Assembly: GCA_963713865.1 (NCBI GenBank)
Contig: OY970208.1
Coordinates: forward strand, 1,376,001 to 1,440,000
Length of the DNA: 64,000 bases
Origin: an uncultured candidate division Zixibacteria bacterium
GTDB taxonomy: Bacteria; Zixibacteria; MSB-5A5; RBG-16-43-9
Direction: 5' to 3'
Both the position numbers and the translations under genes were made by a program. The notes beneath the pieces are model-generated. The model saw only the letters and a list, made by a program, of their open reading frames with translations. It made no database searches and was not told where the DNA came from. Of the stretch, positions 60,026-64,000 are shown one piece after another (position 1 is the first letter of the stretch; the number at the start of each line of letters is the position of its first letter).

Positions 60026-60369
60026 CAGGAAAAAAGGAGAGGGAATTATTCCTGGTGGTCGTCCACTGAACGGAAAATGTAGCGGAGGTCTTCAGACCTC
60101 TATAGGTTAAAAATGAAGGTTCGTTCATGCATGAATTGGTCCGCCTCGGGTTTGTAGGTCAAGCATGTCCGCCCTTCGACAAGCTCCTTTCGGTCTGAGC
60201 CTCAAGGTCGAAGACAGGGTAGTGAGTGGATTGACCTTGTTCACCATCCTTAGAAAATTGAGGAGCAGAGCTGAACCGGAAGACTGCTTGACAAAAGAAT
60301 ATTTGAACAGACAGAGTAAATTTAGATGATTGATTAAAGATAAATAAAAAGTTACTAAAGGAGAAATAG

Positions 60370-62010
60370 ATGAACAAAGGATTTCAAGCCTTAGTTGAAC
60401 AGATATTGGAATACAGATGGAAGGCTAATCCAGTAGAGGCGACTTTTACAGGTATTCATAAATATGATGGACAATTCGAAAACTTTTCCTTGGCTTTCAG
60501 AAGAAATTATCATAACAAATTAAAAGGATTTTCTAAAAAGCTAAAAAAGTTTTATTCAAAGAAAGAAAAACTATCAGAGGGAGAACTTTTAGATCTTGAA
60601 ATCCTTTATTCCACCTTAGAAACAGAAGTTAAATACGAAAAGGTATATAATAGATTTATGCGGGATGCAAGTTTTTATCCGTCTTTAGCCTTGAGTGGTT
60701 GTAATGTTTTTATCATCCGGGACTTTGCTCCACCAGAACAGAGGGGTAGAAGTCTTTTGCAGAGGTTAAAACAAATTTCGGCTTTCTTAAAACAGGGAGA
60801 AAGGAATTTAAAAAAAGTGAGTAAAATTCCAAGAGTTTGGACTGAAATCGGGATGGAAACGACCATGAGTGGAAAAACTTTCTTCCAGACTTCCATTCCG
60901 GAATTTGCGGAAAAAGTTCCTCAACTCAAGAATTCGATTTTGAAAGCAGCGCAGGTAGCAGAGAAAAGCTTTGAACGATATTATAATTTCTTGAAAGAAA
61001 AGGTCCTGTCAAAATCCAGAGGGGATTTTGCCTGTGGTAAAAAACTTTTTGATTACCTTTTATCCAGCTATCATCAGCTCCCTTATGATACAAAAGACCT
61101 TTTGAAAATTGGGGTAAAAGTGATTAGTAATACACAGGATGAACTGGAAAATATTTCTAAAAGAATTGATCCAGGAAAAAACTGGTCTGAGATTTTGACT
61201 GATATTAAAAAGCTTCACCCGGACAGAAAAAATCTTTTGAATTTCTATAAAGAAGAGATGATGAAAAGTTATGATTTCGTTAAAAGTAAAGAGCTGGCAA
61301 CTTTACCTAAGGAAGAAGAGTTGGAAGTGATTGAAACTCCAGTCTACGTAAGGCATCTTATCCCTTATGCGGCGTATATGTCCCCGGCTCCATTTGAGAA
61401 AACCCAAAAAGGATTTTACTGGGTTACTCCCGTGGCCCAGAATCTACCTATTGAAAAGCAGGAACAACAACTTCAAGGACATAATGTTTTCAAATCCGTA
61501 GTCACCACTTTGCACGAAGGGTATCCAGGCCATCATTTGCAATTAGTTCTGGGCAATCGGATAGATTCCAAAGTCAGAAGGGTTTTTGGTACTACCGTTT
61601 TTGTGGAAGGCTGGGCTTTATATTGTGAAGAGATGATGTATGAACAGGGTTACTACACTGATATCAGAACCAGGTTTTTTCAACTCAAAGACCAGCTCTG
61701 GCGAGGATGTCGGGTAGTGATTGATGTTAAACTCCATACTAAGAAGATGAGCTTTGACCAGGCAGTGGATATGCTGGTGAACGTAGCTAAGTTAGAAAGA
61801 GTAAATGCCATAGCAGAAGTGAAAAGATATACCCAGGAGCCAACCCAGCCAATGAGCTATGTGATAGGGAAATTGGAGGTTTTAAAGCTTAGAGATGAAT
61901 ATAAAAAACTAAAAGGAGCAGAGTTCGACTTGAAGAAATTTCATGACCAGCTTTTGAGTTATGGCTCAATCCCGGTCAGATTAGTCAGGGAGAAGATGCT
62001 TGCAAGATAG
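60370..62010 (+). CDS. DUF885 family protein (putative metallopeptidase)
   Basis: 'HEGYPGHHLQ', 'FVEGWALYCE', 'FHDQLLSYGSIP'. Confidence 0.9.
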   Translation: MNKGFQALVEQILEYRWKANPVEATFTGIHKYDGQFENFSLAFRRNYHNKLKGFSKKLKKFYSKKEKLSEGELLDLEILYSTLETEVKYEKVYNRFMRDASFYPSLALSGCNVFIIRDFAPPEQRGRSLLQRLKQISAFLKQGERNLKKVSKIPRVWTEIGMETTMSGKTFFQTSIPEFAEKVPQLKNSILKAAQVAEKSFERYYNFLKEKVLSKSRGDFACGKKLFDYLLSSYHQLPYDTKDLLKIGVKVISNTQDELENISKRIDPGKNWSEILTDIKKLHPDRKNLLNFYKEEMMKSYDFVKSKELATLPKEEELEVIETPVYVRHLIPYAAYMSPAPFEKTQKGFYWVTPVAQNLPIEKQEQQLQGHNVFKSVVTTLHEGYPGHHLQLVLGNRIDSKVRRVFGTTVFVEGWALYCEEMMYEQGYYTDIRTRFFQLKDQLWRGCRVVIDVKLHTKKMSFDQAVDMLVNVAKLERVNAIAEVKRYTQEPTQPMSYVIGKLEVLKLRDEYKKLKGAEFDLKKFHDQLLSYGSIPVRLVREKMLAR

Positions 62011-62171
62011 CAGGTAAACGGTAAACCCTATGTGGTCGTCGTCCGCCTCAGGTGGACTGCCCCGATTCGCCAGAGGCGAACCAGGTCAAGGGACCTGGCA
62101 AGCACAGGAACGATGCTTTATTAATCGATAGAGGGATTTAATCCGCCTGAGGGGGATGAACCCTCAGGATA

Positions 62172-62657
62172 TCATTTTTTCATCTTAGAAAGATAATAAG
62201 AATAAGCCTCTTCTAAGTGGGTTTTTAATAATTCGAGGCTGAAATCTTTAAAAGTCATTTCTTTTTCTGTGTGGGAATAGATAATCTTTATTTTATCTTC
62301 GTATCCTTCTAATCTTTTTATGGCTTCAGGATGGGGGAATTCTATTTGAGCGATTAGTTTTTCTACTGGCTCATCTGGTTTTAGCCAGTTTAAAAGTGAA
62401 CTTTTTTGTCTGGTGATTTCAAGGATTACTCCTCCAGTATAATATTTTTTACCAGTAAGCTCATCTATCTCTTTATGCCTGAGGTTAAAAAGCTTTACTT
62501 TTGCCTTGCTTACCTGAGCAAACTCTTTAGCTAAATTCTCAGCTTTTTCTATCCAGTAACTCACCCGGCTGGCTAAGGCACTTGCCTCATCTTTTTGTTT
62601 TTCTTTAGATGTTTGTGCTTCGGTCTTAATTTTTTTTAGCTTTTCTTTCCAGCTCAT
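62172..62657 (-). CDS. Hypothetical protein
   Basis: Open frame; probable ATG 62657 (MSWKEK) because a TTGACA promoter overlaps the longer start. Confidence 0.6.
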   Translation of the reverse strand: MSWKEKLKKIKTEAQTSKEKQKDEASALASRVSYWIEKAENLAKEFAQVSKAKVKLFNLRHKEIDELTGKKYYTGGVILEITRQKSSLLNWLKPDEPVEKLIAQIEFPHPEAIKRLEGYEDKIKIIYSHTEKEMTFKDFSLELLKTHLEEAYSYYLSKMKK

Positions 62658-62879
62658 ATTGATTTGAGGTTTTTCCCTTATATATAGTTCCAGAATTGAT
62701 TTTGTCAAGGATAACCTGAGAAATTTCTGAAAAAGTCAAATTTGGGGAAATAAGCATTGGAGTATATCCGCCTTAGGTGGACAGCTTCACCTTTTTTGTT
62801 TATACTCCAATTTCCCTCGAATAACTAATTTTAAGAGCTATCTTTATACCGGAGTGACTTTCTACCTATGGTCTTCAAT

Positions 62880-62910
62880 AAAAAAATCCCCCCTCGAAGG
62901 GGGGGATTTT
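62880..62910 (-). terminator. Strong intrinsic terminator (possibly bidirectional)
   Basis: AAAATCCCCCC-tcgaa/ttcga-GGGGGGATTTT with U7 on the minus strand. Confidence 0.8.
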
Positions 62911-63023
62911 ATAATTTCAATGGGAGTGGTGGAGGGGGGATGCCCCGAATCCATCGGGGTGGCTGGGTTTTAGTATACCAGCACTCACCACTCCCAAGTC
63001 CTTAGTAATATCACTCGACCTTT
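62880..63023 (-). ncRNA. Candidate sigma54-dependent structured small RNA
   Basis: Upstream -24/-12 box, multibranch fold and terminator; no convincing ORF. Confidence 0.5.
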
Positions 63024-63033
63024 CTAAATTATA

Positions 63034-63049
63034 TGCAACTTATATGCCG
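63034..63049 (-). promoter_or_regulatory. sigma54 (-24/-12) promoter
   Basis: Minus strand CGGCAT-ATAAG-TTGCA (GG-N10-GC). Confidence 0.65.
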
Positions 63050-63382
63050 AACCGTTTCACTTACTAAAGTATTAGTTTAAGTCAAGGCATTGTCTTTATC
63101 CTCAACTTTACATAGATGACATAACTATCTATTGATTATAGAGTTAATATATCCAAGGTCAATTATTAATTTAGATGGTATGGATTTTTTGAAAACCAGT
63201 TATTTTTGGTAAAGCCAAAATATAAACCCGATTTTATGCAAGTAAATTCATACATTTTGCAACTATTTTAACAAAGATATGGGGTGTATTTATCATATAC
63301 CCCTAAGAGTTTTTCGTTGAAACAACAACCCCTTGTGGGACAGGAGTCAAACTCCTGCCCCAGTTGTTAGAGAGATTATAAA

Positions 63383-64000
63383 CTACGGATTAGTATCAAC
63401 TTTGTAAGTAATACCCCAGATTCTGGAGTCATAGGAGTAAGTGGAGTCTCCATAAATCGAAGAGTATTTAATCACGTCAATGGCAGCATGTCGTATTACC
63501 ACATCATATGTATCTACCGAACAGTCTCCTATGACCCAGGTGCCGGTGAAAGTCCCGTCACCGTTATTGTAAAAAGGCTGACGGTGAGGTTTGCAATTAT
63601 AATAGTAACAGGGTGGTCTATGTAAATAGACTAAATCTGATGGGTCTCCCGTAAAAACAGTCAGGGTTACTGAATCTCCAGCATTGAAGATTAGTAAACT
63701 GTCTCTGGAGGTAATCTTGGTAATATCATCTTCAGTAAATATGCGGTCATATCCGGGAGAGAGAAGATGAACTGAATTTATCTGTCGGGTATTATTCGGG
63801 AATGAGTGAACCAGAACCTCCGAGATCCCTATCAATCTCCAGCCACGATGCACATCTTCATTGGTTCCTCTTTTTTCAAAATAAGCCCTCTTTACGGCTT
63901 CGTCCGTTAAAGATTTGATTGTCCGAACTAAAGAATGAGAACTATCCTGGCTTATAATTATCAGGCGCCCAAAAAGAGTATCAATCACAGTAACATAAGC
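63383..64000 (-). CDS. Hypothetical beta-rich protein, 5' end beyond the window
   Basis: The open frame runs to the window edge; GGGACAGGAG/CTCCTGCCCC hairpin downstream. Confidence 0.65.
   Translation of the reverse strand, partial: AYVTVIDTLFGRLIIISQDSSHSLVRTIKSLTDEAVKRAYFEKRGTNEDVHRGWRLIGISEVLVHSFPNNTRQINSVHLLSPGYDRIFTEDDITKITSRDSLLIFNAGDSVTLTVFTGDPSDLVYLHRPPCYYYNCKPHRQPFYNNGDGTFTGTWVIGDCSVDTYDVVIRHAAIDVIKYSSIYGDSTYSYDSRIWGITYKVDTNP

Noticed and set aside
62985-63014. Leader peptide MILLRTWEW (Trp attenuator)
   Set aside because: Weak SD, GTG start and no trp-related gene downstream; cannot be excluded but unsupported

Overview
Bacterial chromosomal window, about 38-40% GC by eye. The C-terminal 'GDAN..DVIYLINYLFKGGPAP' dockerin-like tails and FlgD/T9SS-like 'QNYPNPFNPTT' tails are typical of Candidatus Zixibacteria and related FCB lineages (inference). 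Layout: (1) 1-14.7 kb envelope glycosylation cluster (GT2, GT4, GT-C, flippase-like, Dpm1, WecA); (2) accA, PTS-IIA, mreC-mreD-mrdA-rodA, lgt, comF, a selenocysteine (UGA + SECIS-like hairpin) protein-disulfide oxidoreductase, NTPase, ADH, smpB, amidase, murI, rdgB; (3) 29.7-45 kb large secreted proteins (cohesin+dockerin scaffold-like protein, dockerin-bearing M14 peptidase and FG-GAP protein) and a Tat-signal TldD with PmbA; (4) a BanI-like endonuclease paired with an amino-type methyltransferase, a TPP riboswitch on an AIR-synthase-family gene, a sigma54-preceded outer-membrane operon, an acyl-CoA dehydratase activator and DUF885. Most notable signals: all three frameshifts in otherwise intact genes lie at the same heptamer CCAGAAC; REP-like palindromes are inserted in-frame in several proteins and inside the riboswitch; a candidate sigma54-driven structured sRNA lies at about 62880-63023. 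No rRNA, tRNA, CRISPR array or transposase was recognised. All assignments are by motif recognition only; no searches were run.
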